DNA from: Mycobacterium sp.
Lineage (GTDB): Bacteria; Actinomycetota; Actinomycetes; Mycobacteriales; Mycobacteriaceae
DNA: 64,000 nt
Assembly (NCBI RefSeq): GCF_052145595.1
Contig: NZ_JBKQOI010000133.1
Span: 39,765 to 103,764 of the forward strand
Reading direction: 5' to 3'
In this document: one piece after another, positions 38,095 to 48,002 of the stretch
How the letters are laid out: every line of letters begins with the position of its first letter
How positions within the stretch are numbered: the stretch's first letter is position 1
Program-made: the position numbers and the translations under genes
The notes under the pieces: generated by a model
What the model saw: only the letters and a program-made list of their open reading frames with translations
Told to the model about the DNA's origin: nothing
Database searches by the model: none

Positions 38095-38859
38095 ATGCAC
38101 AAAGATCGCGGCATCAACCGGTGGGAGTTGGTCACCTGCGCATTCGCGGGACACGTGACTTATGCGCCCGACGAGGAGGCACTCGCTGACCGGCTCAGCG
38201 GCACCACCGGGTTGGGTGAAGTGTGGCGTTGCCTGCGCTGCGGCGAATTCATCGTAGGCGAGCCGCATCGGCGTGGCTCCGCCGAGGACGCGCCGATGAT
38301 CATGCGCGGCAAGGCTTTACGCCAGGCCTTCATCATCCGCATTCTCGCGGTCGAGCGCTTGCTCCGAGCGGGGGTGATCGGACTCGCGGCTTATGCGGTG
38401 TGGAAGTTTCGGGGCGCGCGCGGCGCAATCCAAGCCACCCTCGACCGCGACCTGCCGATCTTTCGCGCCGCCGGATTCAAGGTCGATCAGATGACGGCGG
38501 TCCACGAGCTCGAAAAGGCGCTGGCAGCCAGACCATCGACGTTGGCCCTGCTGACCTTGATGCTGGCGGCCTACGCGCTGCTGGAGGTCGTCGAAGGCGT
38601 CGGCTTGTGGTTGCTGAAGCGCTGGGGCGAGTATTTCGCGGTGGTGGCCACCTCGGTCTTCCTGCCGTTGGAGATCCATGACCTGACCAAGGGCATCACG
38701 ATGACCCGGTTGGTCACCTTCACGATCAATATGGCCGCCGTGGTCTATTTGCTGATCTCGAAGCGGCTGTTCGGTTTGCGGGGTGGCCGCAAGGCCTACG
38801 ACGAGGAGCGACGGGGTGAGCAGCTTCTCGATGTCGAGCGAGCCGCCACAACGACCTGA
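38095..38859 (+). CDS. DUF2127-family membrane protein
   Basis: ATG follows AAAGGAG. Cys/His cluster CAFAGH...CLRCGEF, then about four TM helices with WLLKRWGEYFAVVATSVFLPLEIHDL. Confidence 0.7.
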   Translation: MHKDRGINRWELVTCAFAGHVTYAPDEEALADRLSGTTGLGEVWRCLRCGEFIVGEPHRRGSAEDAPMIMRGKALRQAFIIRILAVERLLRAGVIGLAAYAVWKFRGARGAIQATLDRDLPIFRAAGFKVDQMTAVHELEKALAARPSTLALLTLMLAAYALLEVVEGVGLWLLKRWGEYFAVVATSVFLPLEIHDLTKGITMTRLVTFTINMAAVVYLLISKRLFGLRGGRKAYDEERRGEQLLDVERAATTT

Positions 38860-38988
38860 CCCTGTAGCACGAAAGCGGATGGATCGTCGGCATGATCGAT
38901 AACGCGCGCATTGTCGCTTGCCCGGCATCCAGTGGCTGCACCTGCGGCTCCGCCAGGCTGACTCCCGGGACTGCACACACGGCGACGT

Positions 38989-39612
38989 TTAAGTGTCGCG
39001 TTGATCGTCAGGCTTGGGGTGGATGAAAACGCCCTCGGCTTCAACGGTGACGCCGTCCTCGTCGGCGAGGTGGCCGACGGCGAACGTCTTGACCCCTTCG
39101 GTGCGCTCGACATGAGCCTGCGCGCGCAACGGCCGTCCGAGTTGTGTGCGGCGCCGGTAACGCAAGGTAAGAGTGCCCGTATAGGCGGGCCTGCCGGGCC
39201 GATGGGCCGTGGCACCCAGCACATGGTCGAGGATCAGGGCGCACACACCCCCATGGACGTGCTCCGGCGGACCTTCGTACGCCGCGCCGAGAACGAATTC
39301 GGACCACACCAGCCCGTCGGGTTCGTGATGCATGACCAGGGGTGGTGCCACCGGGTTGCGCAATCCGATTACGACGTTGCCCCATGCGATGGTCTCGCCG
39401 TCGGGCGTCAACTGCACGCCGAAGGACCCCGGGTGCAGCGTGTCGCTCAGTTCGTCTGCGATACCGTCGATTTTGGATTTCGCCGCCGCGACCACAGCCG
39501 GATCGGCTTCGGTGCGGATGCTGACATCGATGAGTCGGCGGATCGATTCGGCCAGCGGCCCGTACACCGATCCGAGCCGGCGGTGGTCGATGCAGAGCTC
39601 TTGGTCGGACAT
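38989..39612 (-). CDS. PaaI/hotdog-fold thioesterase
   Basis: PEHVHGGVCALILDHVLG is the typical PaaI-type active-site segment. 207 aa. Confidence 0.75.
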   Translation of the reverse strand: MSDQELCIDHRRLGSVYGPLAESIRRLIDVSIRTEADPAVVAAAKSKIDGIADELSDTLHPGSFGVQLTPDGETIAWGNVVIGLRNPVAPPLVMHHEPDGLVWSEFVLGAAYEGPPEHVHGGVCALILDHVLGATAHRPGRPAYTGTLTLRYRRRTQLGRPLRAQAHVERTEGVKTFAVGHLADEDGVTVEAEGVFIHPKPDDQRDT

Positions 39613-39716
39613 GTAGGCAACCTAACAGTGCGTCGATGGCGCGCAGACCGGCACGTCGGATAAGCCCCCGGGGCCCGACCGTTGGCGGATACTGCGGCAC
39701 AAGGAACGGAGATTTG

Positions 39717-40556
39717 ATGGGCACCTATGCGATCAGCGGATCGGCCTCCGGGATGGGCCGCGAGACCGCGCGCCGGCTTCGGGGTGACGGGCACACCGTG
39801 ATCGGTGTCGACGTCAAAGACGCCGACATCATCGCGGACCTGTCGACGACGCACGGACGCGAAGAGGCCGCCGACGGCGTCCTGGCGGCCTCGGGTGGCA
39901 AGCTCGACGGTGCGGTGCTGGCCGCCGGCCTGGGGCCGAGCCCGGGTCGGGATCGGCCCCGCCAGATCGCTCAGGTCAACTATCTCGGGGTCGTTGACCT
40001 GCTCGTCGCGTTGCGACCGGCATTGGCCGCGGCCGAGCGTGCCAAAGTCGTCGTCGTTTCGAGCAACTCTTCGACGACGGTGCCCGCGGTGCCGGGACGA
40101 ACCGTGCGCGCGTTGCTCGCGCATGACGCCGACAAGGCGGTGCGGTCGGTGCGGCTGCTGGGCCCAGCCGCCCCGACGATGATGTATGCGGCATCGAAAA
40201 TCGCCGTCAGCCGTTGGGTGCGGCGGCATGCGGTGCTGCCGGAGTGGGCGGGTTCCGGTGTGCGCTTGAATGCCCTCGCGCCTGGCGCCGTCATGACGCC
40301 GCTACTGCAAGAACAGCTGTCTGACCCGAGACAGGCCAAGGCGGTCCGGTCGTTCCCGATTCCGGTCGGTGGCTTCGGCGACGCTGCGCATATGGCCGAC
40401 TGGATGTGTTTCATGCTGTCGGATTCGGCCGACTTCCTTTGCGGCAGTGTAGTGTTCGTCGATGGCGGCACCGATGCGTACTTCCGGGCCGACGACTGGC
40501 CGAAGGCGGTCCCGGCGCACCGGCTGGTCGGTTATCTGCGCCGGTTCAGAGCATAG
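39717..40556 (+). CDS. SDR-family oxidoreductase (3-alpha-hydroxysteroid-dehydrogenase-like short form)
   Basis: MGTYAISGSASGMGRETARRL and catalytic YAASKIAV. ATG at 39717. Confidence 0.8.
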   Translation: MGTYAISGSASGMGRETARRLRGDGHTVIGVDVKDADIIADLSTTHGREEAADGVLAASGGKLDGAVLAAGLGPSPGRDRPRQIAQVNYLGVVDLLVALRPALAAAERAKVVVVSSNSSTTVPAVPGRTVRALLAHDADKAVRSVRLLGPAAPTMMYAASKIAVSRWVRRHAVLPEWAGSGVRLNALAPGAVMTPLLQEQLSDPRQAKAVRSFPIPVGGFGDAAHMADWMCFMLSDSADFLCGSVVFVDGGTDAYFRADDWPKAVPAHRLVGYLRRFRA

Positions 40557-41020
40557 TGCCGTGACCGCGGGATGTGACGAGGCGGACATAGCGACTCGAT
40601 TGTGCCCGACGTCACAGCATCGATTTTCGTGACGTTTACCGCGTCGCTGTACCCGCGCAAAACAACCGCGGTGCAATTCATTGAGTCGGCTCACCGGCCG
40701 AACGGACAAGGGATTGAAACTGTGGAAACACTTTCGGACTGGATCAGCCAGGGCCCTGCCAACCTCGACGTAGTTACCCCGATCAAGGCGCGCGCGTGCG
40801 ATGCGTTGCAGGCCGTGCTGAAAAGCAAGCCGCGCCGAGTGGTCTCTGACCCGCGGCTCATGCCCAGGGGTGCCGAGCGCTGCTGATGGCGCTGCGCGGC
40901 AGCCAGGCGGCAATCATCACCTGCCGCCGCGCGAAACACTGCGAAAGCGCGCCGATTGCGCGGGCGCACAAAGGAACTGGGTCGTCGCGGCGGCTTTCAG
41001 ACGCCGAGGCGCTGGCTGGG

Positions 41021-41620
41021 TTAGCCTGAGTTTTGTGCCGCGCGGTCACGCTCGCGTCGACGGGCCCGGGAAGCGCGCAAGTTCGCAGCGTTGCCGCACG
41101 TCTTCACGTTGTGCCATACCCCGCTGTTGTTCTTCGAGCGGTCGTAGAACGTCGACGCGCACTGGTGGTTGTGACACCGCTTGATCCGCCGCCAAGTGCC
41201 GTCCTGCTGGCTGAGCAGAATCTCTCCCCAGAGCGCGGAGGCCAGCCAACGCCAGCCGGTACCGGCGGGTTCCAGCCGTACGTCGCCCGTCTTCGACAGC
41301 GCAAAAGACGCGGAAATGGCGTCCGCCCTTCGCCCGGTCGGTGGTTCGCCCGCGACCAACTTCGCGATTGTGTCGCGCAGGGAGCGAAGCTTCGCTACAT
41401 CCGCATCGTCGAGCGGCGGCGACTGCACGTCCAGGCCGCGCAATGCCGACCACGTGCGCACCGCGCCCGCGGCCCAATCACGGGCGAGCGCGGTATCGGC
41501 CAGCAGGTCCGGTCCGTACCCCTCGATACCCGTCGTATTGAGGAAGTCCTGGACCAACCCCAAGCCGCCGGGTGCCGGGGCCAGCTGATACCGCTGTGAC
41601 GCGGACCATGACGATGACAT
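41021..41620 (-). CDS. CGNR zinc-finger (ABATE-domain) putative regulator
   Basis: C-terminal RIKRCHNHQCASTFYDRSKNNSGVWHNVKTCGNAANLRASRARR is the CGNR zinc finger. The start is ATG 41620 or TTG 41626. Confidence 0.85.
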   Translation of the reverse strand: MSSSWSASQRYQLAPAPGGLGLVQDFLNTTGIEGYGPDLLADTALARDWAAGAVRTWSALRGLDVQSPPLDDADVAKLRSLRDTIAKLVAGEPPTGRRADAISASFALSKTGDVRLEPAGTGWRWLASALWGEILLSQQDGTWRRIKRCHNHQCASTFYDRSKNNSGVWHNVKTCGNAANLRASRARRRERDRAAQNSG

Positions 41621-41634
41621 ATTCAAATAATACT

Positions 41635-41665
41635 TGACTATGTCACGGCAGTCAATTATGTTGAC
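41635..41665. promoter_or_regulatory. Two short palindromes TGAC-TAT-GTCA and GTCAA-TTATG-TTGAC
   Basis: Located in the AT-rich 85-nt divergent region between the CGNR gene and the SDR gene. Confidence 0.4.
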
Positions 41666-41705
41666 AGATACAAAACTATTTCACCTACGTCATTGGGAGC
41701 GCATC

Positions 41706-42398
41706 ATGGTTAATGTCAAAGGGTCGACGGTCGTGGTTACCGGCGGCCAGCGCGGACTCGGCAAAGCCGTCGTGGAGGAGTTGTTGGAGCGGGGTGCGGC
41801 CAAGGTGTACGCCACAGCGCGGGCGCCCAGGCCCAGCCACGACCCTCGTGTGGTGAGCGTCGAACTGGACGTCACCAAGCCGGATTCGGTTGCGGCGCTG
41901 GCTATTACGGCGTCCGATGCTGACATCGTCGTCAACAATGCCGGTATCCTTGGTGCTCCGAAGTTGCTCAGCAGCGACATCGAGGAAGTGCGGGCGGTGT
42001 TCGAGACAAATTACTTCGGTGCGCTTCGGGTCGCCAAGGCGTTCGCGCCGATCCTCGCCGACAACGGTGGCGGAGCCCTGGTCGACATCCATTCCGTCTT
42101 GTCCTGGGTGGGCGGCTTCGGCGGTTACGGTGACTCCAAGGCGGCTTTCTGGTCGGCGACGAACTCGCTGCGGATCGAGCTCGAGAAGCAGGGCACCGTG
42201 GTCACCGGGGTACACCTGGGCTACACCGAGACGGACATGACATCCGGCTTCGACGTGCCCAAGAACGATCCCCGCCAGGTGGCACGGGAAATCGTCGACG
42301 GCATCGAGCGGGGAGACGCCGAGGTGCTGGCCGACGACGACACCCGCTATGTCAAAGCGGCGCTGTCCGGACCGGTCGAGGCACTTCGACTGGGGTAA
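41706..42398 (+). CDS. SDR-family oxidoreductase
   Basis: MVNVKGSTVVVTGGQRGLGKAVVEELLERGA and catalytic YGDSKAAF. Confidence 0.85.
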   Translation: MVNVKGSTVVVTGGQRGLGKAVVEELLERGAAKVYATARAPRPSHDPRVVSVELDVTKPDSVAALAITASDADIVVNNAGILGAPKLLSSDIEEVRAVFETNYFGALRVAKAFAPILADNGGGALVDIHSVLSWVGGFGGYGDSKAAFWSATNSLRIELEKQGTVVTGVHLGYTETDMTSGFDVPKNDPRQVAREIVDGIERGDAEVLADDDTRYVKAALSGPVEALRLG

Positions 42399-42416
42399 GC
42401 GCCATGCCTGATGGCT

Positions 42417-42452
42417 CGAGGTGCCGGCGACCACGTTGTCGCCGGCACCTCG
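42417..42452 (+). terminator. Perfect 15-bp stem / 6-nt loop hairpin (intrinsic terminator candidate without U-tract)
   Basis: CGAGGTGCCGGCGAC-CACGTT-GTCGCCGGCACCTCG, starting 19 nt after the SDR stop codon. Confidence 0.6.
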
Positions 42453-42720
42453 GCCGCTATCTCCGACAAGTTGTAGAGGTCTGTCCGAAGGCAGATCCCC
42501 GTCTTCAGACGGTGGGTCAAGCAGGCCGTGGGGGCCTCACCCAAAAATGGGCTTGCCGCATATCGGACAGACCACCGGGTTACCCCGGTGAAGACCACGA
42601 TCGCAGCCATCAGAGCACGCTTCGACGGTCAAAGGTCCTCAGCACGTCGGCCCAAGGTCACATCCGTACCGGCGCGGCGCGATTAGGCGCACCCCTCGGG
42701 CGACGTGTTTGGATAGCGAC

Positions 42721-43188
42721 ATGGAACCTGAACCCCAGGAACGCATTGTGAGCGCCACCCGCGTGATCTCGGCCAGCGCCGATCGGATTTTCGAACTGAT
42801 CGCCGACCCGTCCCGCCAGCCGAGTTGGGACGGCAACAACAACCTCGCCTCGTCCGCTCCGGGTCAGCGCGTCCACCGGGTCGGTGACGTCTTCAAAACG
42901 ACGTTGACCAGTGGTGCTGTGCGGGAGAACCACGTCGTGGAATTCATCGAGGGCGCCAAGATCGCCTGGCTTCCAGCGGAACCCAGAAAGCAGCCGCCCG
43001 GCCACCTCTGGCGCTGGGAGCTCAACCCGGTTAACGCCACACTCACCAGCGTGACCCACACCTACGACTGGACCGCGCTGACAGACAGGACCCGGCTGGA
43101 GAGGGCTCGTTCGACGACGCCCGACATGTTGCGCGAGTCGATGGACCGGCTTGCAGTGCTCGCACAGGCCTCCGATGGAGGGTCGTAG
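42721..43188 (+). CDS. SRPBCC-family protein (paralogue of 18328-18801)
   Basis: IVSATRVISASADRIFELIADPSRQPSWDG ... GHLWRWEL. The start is ATG 42721 or TTG 42709. Confidence 0.7.
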   Translation: MEPEPQERIVSATRVISASADRIFELIADPSRQPSWDGNNNLASSAPGQRVHRVGDVFKTTLTSGAVRENHVVEFIEGAKIAWLPAEPRKQPPGHLWRWELNPVNATLTSVTHTYDWTALTDRTRLERARSTTPDMLRESMDRLAVLAQASDGGS

Positions 43189-43190
43189 CT

Positions 43191-43997
43191 ATGGCTCTCC
43201 CACCACCGGGTAGCGACCGTGCCGCCATCGTCACCGGCGCTTCGTCGGGCATCGGCGAACAGTTCGCCGAGATACTCGCCCGGCGCGGATACCAGGTGGT
43301 GCTGGTCGCCCGCAGCGCCGATCGCCTCAAAGAGCTCGCCGAACGGTTGGGCCCGCAAGCGCACCCGCTACCCGCCGACCTGTCTGATCGAACCGCCCGA
43401 GCGGGTCTGCCCGACGGCATAGCGGCGCTCGGCCTGGTTCCGGACATCCTGATCAACAACGCCGGGCTGTCCACGCTCGGGCTCGTCGCGAAATCGGTTC
43501 CGGAGCAAGAACTTAACCTGGTCGAGGTCGATGTGGCCGCGGTGGTCGACCTGTGCAGCAGGTTCCTGCCGGGAATGGTCGACCGTCGTCGGGGCGCCGT
43601 GCTGAACGTGGCGTCGATGGCCGCGTTCGGTCCCGTGCCGGGCCAGGCGGCGTATGGAGCTGCCAAGGCGTTCGTGCTGTCCTACACCCACAGCCTGCGC
43701 GGTGAGCTGCGCGGCACCGGGGTCAGCGTGACCGCGCTGTGTCCGGGGCCGGTTGACACCGGATTCGGCGAGGCGGCCGGGTTCACCAAGGAGGAAGCCG
43801 ACGCGGCCCTGCCGCGGGTCATGTGGATTCCCGCCGAAAAGGTGGCGCAGGCCGGAATCGACGGTCTGGCGGCCGGAAAGGCTGTCGTCGTCCCTGGTCG
43901 TGTCAACCGGGTCGCGTCGGCCTTTTTCCGGGTAGCGCCGCCCGAGCTGCTATTGCCGGTGCTGGCACGAAACCACCCGGCCATGAAACGCGCGTAG
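43191..43997 (+). CDS. SDR-family oxidoreductase
   Basis: AAIVTGASSGIGEQFAEILARRG and catalytic YGAAKAF. It starts 3 nt after the SRPBCC stop. Confidence 0.88.
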   Translation: MALPPPGSDRAAIVTGASSGIGEQFAEILARRGYQVVLVARSADRLKELAERLGPQAHPLPADLSDRTARAGLPDGIAALGLVPDILINNAGLSTLGLVAKSVPEQELNLVEVDVAAVVDLCSRFLPGMVDRRRGAVLNVASMAAFGPVPGQAAYGAAKAFVLSYTHSLRGELRGTGVSVTALCPGPVDTGFGEAAGFTKEEADAALPRVMWIPAEKVAQAGIDGLAAGKAVVVPGRVNRVASAFFRVAPPELLLPVLARNHPAMKRA

Positions 43998-44000
43998 GAC

Positions 44001-44747
44001 TCAGCCGTTTTTGCCGCGGACCCACTGAAACGTGCCGTAGTTCTTGACCCGGACGCTGACGAATCCGTTGTTTTCCAGGGTGTCGCCGATTTCGTCGTCG
44101 TCGAACACGTGCGCTCCGACATTCGGCAGCTTCTGCCAAAACTGGGCGGCCCGCCCGACGGTGGGGACCATGATGGCCAGCCTTCCGCCCGGTCGTAATA
44201 CCCGTGCGATCTCGGCGAGGGCGGCGGCCGGGTTCGGAACCAGTTGCAACACGGCGGTCGAGACCACGGCGTCGACGGTGTCGTCGCGCAGCGGAAGTCG
44301 TTGAGCATCCGCCCTGATGAAGCCGACCTGCGGTCCCGCTTCATTGCGGACGGCGCGTGCCAGCATGGGCTCGGAGATGTCGACGCCCAGGGCCAGTCCG
44401 TCCGGGCCGGCCGCGCGTGCCAGCGACGCGGTGACGTTGCCTGGACCCGAGCCGACGTCCAGTGCCACTCCGCCCGCCGGGATGTCCAACCACTCGAGGG
44501 GCAGCTGCCATGCGCTGATCAGGCGGCGCGAAAGGGCTTGGGCGTTGTCGTAGAGCATCGACCCGATCGGTGATGCCCACGCCGCCTGGATCGGGCCGGT
44601 GTTCTTCGGCAGAGCTTCGTCTGCGGCCGGTTCAGTGCCGAGCAGATCGAGATAGCCCTTGCTCACGTCCGGGTCCGCCGGTGGATCAGCAAGCAGATCC
44701 AGCGCCCGGCGCAACGCGGGAGGCAGCGAGATGTGCACGTCGGTCAC
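44001..44747 (-). CDS. Class I SAM-dependent methyltransferase
   Basis: Motif I VALDVGSGPGNV and post-I/II LRPGGRLAIMVP. GTG 44747 lies 5 nt after GAAGGAG. Confidence 0.85.
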   Translation of the reverse strand: MTDVHISLPPALRRALDLLADPPADPDVSKGYLDLLGTEPAADEALPKNTGPIQAAWASPIGSMLYDNAQALSRRLISAWQLPLEWLDIPAGGVALDVGSGPGNVTASLARAAGPDGLALGVDISEPMLARAVRNEAGPQVGFIRADAQRLPLRDDTVDAVVSTAVLQLVPNPAAALAEIARVLRPGGRLAIMVPTVGRAAQFWQKLPNVGAHVFDDDEIGDTLENNGFVSVRVKNYGTFQWVRGKNG

Positions 44748-44883
44748 ACGTACTCCTTCGATCAAATACCAAGCTGTAAGCCAGAAATCGGAGTGGGAGT
44801 TTCGCGCGCCCTGGCTCCGACGAGTCCCTTGGCAGCCTACGCCGTCCCCGGGGGCCTCGACCGTGTCGAGGATGTGGGGTTCG

Positions 44884-46269
44884 TTACCGCCTGACGGCGG
44901 CGTGCTCGCGTACCAGGGCGTACAGGCGCCACTCACCCGGCACGCCTTTGAGGGCGCTCTCGCCGCGGTCGGCGAACCTGTGTCGCGATCCGGTGACAAT
45001 GTCGCGCACCGTCGAGGACACCAGTACCTCGCTGGGTCCAGCCAGCGCCGCCACCCGCGCACCGATGTGCACCGCCATGCCCGCGACATCGCTCTTTAAG
45101 GTGCCGCGCACCTCGACCTCGCCCGCGTGAATGCCCACCCGCACCTCGATGCCGAGCACTTTGACCGCGTCGACGATTTCGTCGGCGCACGCCAGCGCTG
45201 CGCTGGGGCTGCTGAACGTCGCGACGAACCCGTCACCGGCGGTGTTGACTTCCCGCCCACCGAATCGCTGGAGTTGGTGGCGAACGATGCTGTCATGGTT
45301 GTCCAGCAGGTCGCGCCACCGGTCATCACCGAGCAGTGCGGCCCGCTCGGTGGAGCTGACGATGTCGGTGAACACGATCGTCGTGAGCAGGCGCTCGGCA
45401 TCGGAACCGCCCCGCACGCCGGTAATGAACTCCTCGATCTCGTCGAGCATCGGCGCGGTGTCGCCAACCCAGTACAGCGCGTCTTCGCCCGGAAGCTCGA
45501 CGAAGCGCGATCCGGCGATGCGCTCGGCGAGGTAGAGGCCATGGCCGACCGGGCTGAAGTCCGGGTTGTCGCGATGCAGGATCAGCGTCGGCACGGACAC
45601 GCGGTCTAGTGTGTCGCGGACATCGGCGTCTCGGATCTTCTTGATGAAGGCACGGGCCATGCTGGGTGACGCGGCCCGGTTGCCCGCGTGATCCCACCAC
45701 GCGCGAAACGCGTCGTCGTCGGCTACCGCGGGAGCGATGATGCTGAGGACGTCGAAGCCCCGCTCGACGGCATCCGGCTCGATCCCGACCGTCGTGAAGG
45801 GATCGGTGGTGTCCACCTCGGTGCCGATCGGGTAGTCGTCAGCACGAAGCGTCCGTGCCGCGCCGTTGAAGATCACCAGGTTGCTTATCCGCTCGGGGAA
45901 ATCGGCCGCGAGAACGAGTCCGGCCAACGATGTGAAACCGGGGGCGAAAATCGTCGCGCGCTCGCATCCGACCGCGTCCAAGACCGCGATGGCGTCCTGC
46001 GCCCACGACTTCGGCCCGATCATGTCCACCGAGGGGACCCGCGACGACAGGCCGATCCCGCGCTGGTCGAACCGGATCACCCGGGCAAAGGACGCCAGAC
46101 GTCGATGGAAGCGGTACATCGACGGCTCGAGGTCGACGCAGTCGATCGGGATTAATGGCCCCGGCAGCACGAGCAGGTCGATCGGGCCATCGCCGAAGAC
46201 CTGGTAGGCGATGTCGATCTCGCTGCAACTGGCGTACCGGGTCCTCAGAACCCCAGAAAGCCCAGCCAC
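44884..46269 (-). CDS. Alpha/beta-hydrolase - class III adenylate cyclase fusion protein (LipJ/Rv1900c-like)
   Basis: N-terminal hydrolase-fold half, then the cyclase core [17 protein letters not shown] ... [14 protein letters not shown] ... [11 protein letters not shown]. Confidence 0.88.
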   Translation of the reverse strand: MAGLSGVLRTRYASCSEIDIAYQVFGDGPIDLLVLPGPLIPIDCVDLEPSMYRFHRRLASFARVIRFDQRGIGLSSRVPSVDMIGPKSWAQDAIAVLDAVGCERATIFAPGFTSLAGLVLAADFPERISNLVIFNGAARTLRADDYPIGTEVDTTDPFTTVGIEPDAVERGFDVLSIIAPAVADDDAFRAWWDHAGNRAASPSMARAFIKKIRDADVRDTLDRVSVPTLILHRDNPDFSPVGHGLYLAERIAGSRFVELPGEDALYWVGDTAPMLDEIEEFITGVRGGSDAERLLTTIVFTDIVSSTERAALLGDDRWRDLLDNHDSIVRHQLQRFGGREVNTAGDGFVATFSSPSAALACADEIVDAVKVLGIEVRVGIHAGEVEVRGTLKSDVAGMAVHIGARVAALAGPSEVLVSSTVRDIVTGSRHRFADRGESALKGVPGEWRLYALVREHAAVRR

Positions 46270-46310
46270 GGCTCCAGGCTAAAGCAGCTCACCGACAGAT
46301 CGGGCACGCG

Positions 46311-46916
46311 CTAGCGGCCGATGATCGGGACCAGATAGCGGGACGCGTAGTCGCGAGCGGCCGCGTGGTCCGACGTGTCGAGGCGGTCGGTGGGAAACAC
46401 GATGATGCCGAGCGCGACACGCAGCAGGATGTCGGCGATGTTGGCCAGGTCCTGCTCGGGGATGTCAGCCCCGCATCGCCGCAGGGTATGGGCGATGCCA
46501 TCGGCGAATTGGCCGATCGGGAAGACGTGCGATCGCGAGAACATGCCGAACAGCTCGGGCTCGCTTTCCGCGATCCGGGAATACAGCGGCGAGTCTTGGA
46601 CAAGGCGCACCCCGAGCGCGAACGCCTCGATCACGGCCTCTCGCGGATCACATCCGGTGGTGGCCTGGTCCAGCGTCTTGAAGAAGAGTTCGGCCTCGCG
46701 GCGCACCACGCGTTCGAACAACTCATCCTTGGTCGGAAAGCGTCGGTAAATGGTGCTGCGGCTCACCCCGGCGCGGACCGCGACGTCCTCGATATTCGCC
46801 CGGCGAACGCCGTAGGTTTCGAAGACGGTTCGCGCGGTGTCCAGGATGGTGTCGTCGAGATCGGCGGTCGACGCGGTCCCGTTAATGCGCACGTCGGAGC
46901 CCATCTCGGACTTCAT
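46311..46916 (-). CDS. TetR-family transcriptional regulator
   Basis: ILDTARTVFETYGVRRANIEDVAVRAGVSRSTIYRRFPTKDELF. ATG 46916 is preferred over the 46985 ORF start. Confidence 0.85.
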   Translation of the reverse strand: MKSEMGSDVRINGTASTADLDDTILDTARTVFETYGVRRANIEDVAVRAGVSRSTIYRRFPTKDELFERVVRREAELFFKTLDQATTGCDPREAVIEAFALGVRLVQDSPLYSRIAESEPELFGMFSRSHVFPIGQFADGIAHTLRRCGADIPEQDLANIADILLRVALGIIVFPTDRLDTSDHAAARDYASRYLVPIIGR

Positions 46917-47039
46917 GATTGGCCCCGTCGTATCCAACTCCACCTGCTTTGCGGACGCACCTAACCCCTTGCTACCTTGGAACAAAGATACTGCTTTGTG
47001 TCATTGCTTCACCAACTGAGTGTGTCGCGAGGAGATGGC

Positions 47040-48002
47040 ATGACCGCCCAGCACGACCGGTTGGCCGGGCCGACCGCGGGTGCCCGCTTCGACAGCGGTG
47101 TTCGCGAAGCGGTGCCGATGCCCGTCGACGACCCAGAAATCGCGGGCGCCTCGCCGCGGCTGGGGCCCGAGTCCCTGATATGGAAGTTCTACGGGGACCA
47201 CCGCACGCAATTTTTCGGGTTCCAGCGCACCGCCGGCGTCGAGAACTGCATCGAGCAGCTCGCCCAGGGCGTGCTCGATCACTCGGTGATTTTCAGCGAC
47301 ACCCTGGGCCGGGCCAAGCGAACCGCACCGCCCCTGATGAAAACCGTCTACTCCGAGGACCCGCACGCGTGGGGCCGCAAGGTGCGGGATTTCCACAAGC
47401 CGATCAAGGGCACCGTCAGCGACGGCTCGAGGTATCACGCGCTCAATCCCGAGTTGTTCTATTGGGCGCACGCCACTTTCGTCGACCAGGTCCTCTACAC
47501 CACGGACACGTTCATCCGCCGGTTGTCCCGCGCGGAAAGGGAGCAGATCTTCAACGAGGGCAGGATCTGGTACAGCCTCTACGGGGTCAGCGACCGCGGC
47601 CAGCCGCAGACCTATGACGAATTCGTCGCCTATTGGGACGAGATGCTCGACCGGTTCGTCCCGCACAAGACCGTCCTGTACGGCACCGGCTACATCAGGA
47701 AAGGCATACCGGGCCCACGTTGGGTGCCCAAGCCGATCTGGAAGATCTTGTCCGCTCCGCTCAACGCCTACACCCGCCTGGTCCTGGTCGGAACCCTGCC
47801 CCCGCAGATGCGCGACGTTTGCCAGCTGGAGTGGGATGCCAAGAAGGAGAAGCGATTCCAGCGGTTCGCCGCCGTCATGCGCGCGCTGAATCCGCTCATC
47901 AACCGGCTGCCCCTCTGGTTCGTCTACACCCCCTGGGCGGCCAGGGCGTGGCGCCGCGCGGGCGTCGACCCGCGCCGGCTCCACAACCGTGCCGCCGCTT
48001 AA
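47040..48002 (+). CDS. MpaB/DUF2236-family oxygenase
   Basis: ATG 47040 follows GAGGAG. GPESLIWKFYGDHRTQFFGFQR ... YHALNPELFYWAHATF is typical of the ER-bound-oxygenase MpaB / rubber-oxygenase-related family. Confidence 0.75.
   Translation: MTAQHDRLAGPTAGARFDSGVREAVPMPVDDPEIAGASPRLGPESLIWKFYGDHRTQFFGFQRTAGVENCIEQLAQGVLDHSVIFSDTLGRAKRTAPPLMKTVYSEDPHAWGRKVRDFHKPIKGTVSDGSRYHALNPELFYWAHATFVDQVLYTTDTFIRRLSRAEREQIFNEGRIWYSLYGVSDRGQPQTYDEFVAYWDEMLDRFVPHKTVLYGTGYIRKGIPGPRWVPKPIWKILSAPLNAYTRLVLVGTLPPQMRDVCQLEWDAKKEKRFQRFAAVMRALNPLINRLPLWFVYTPWAARAWRRAGVDPRRLHNRAAA

Noticed and set aside
40602-40886. 94-aa plus-strand ORF
   Set aside because: It has intermediate GC3, no motif and no obvious SD. The evidence is insufficient to call a gene, so I listed it only as a region worth checking.
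44855-44871. Hairpin CCTCGAC-CGT-GTCGAGG after the hydrolase-cyclase gene
   Set aside because: It has only a 7-bp stem, a 3-nt loop and no U-tract. That is too weak to call a terminator with confidence.
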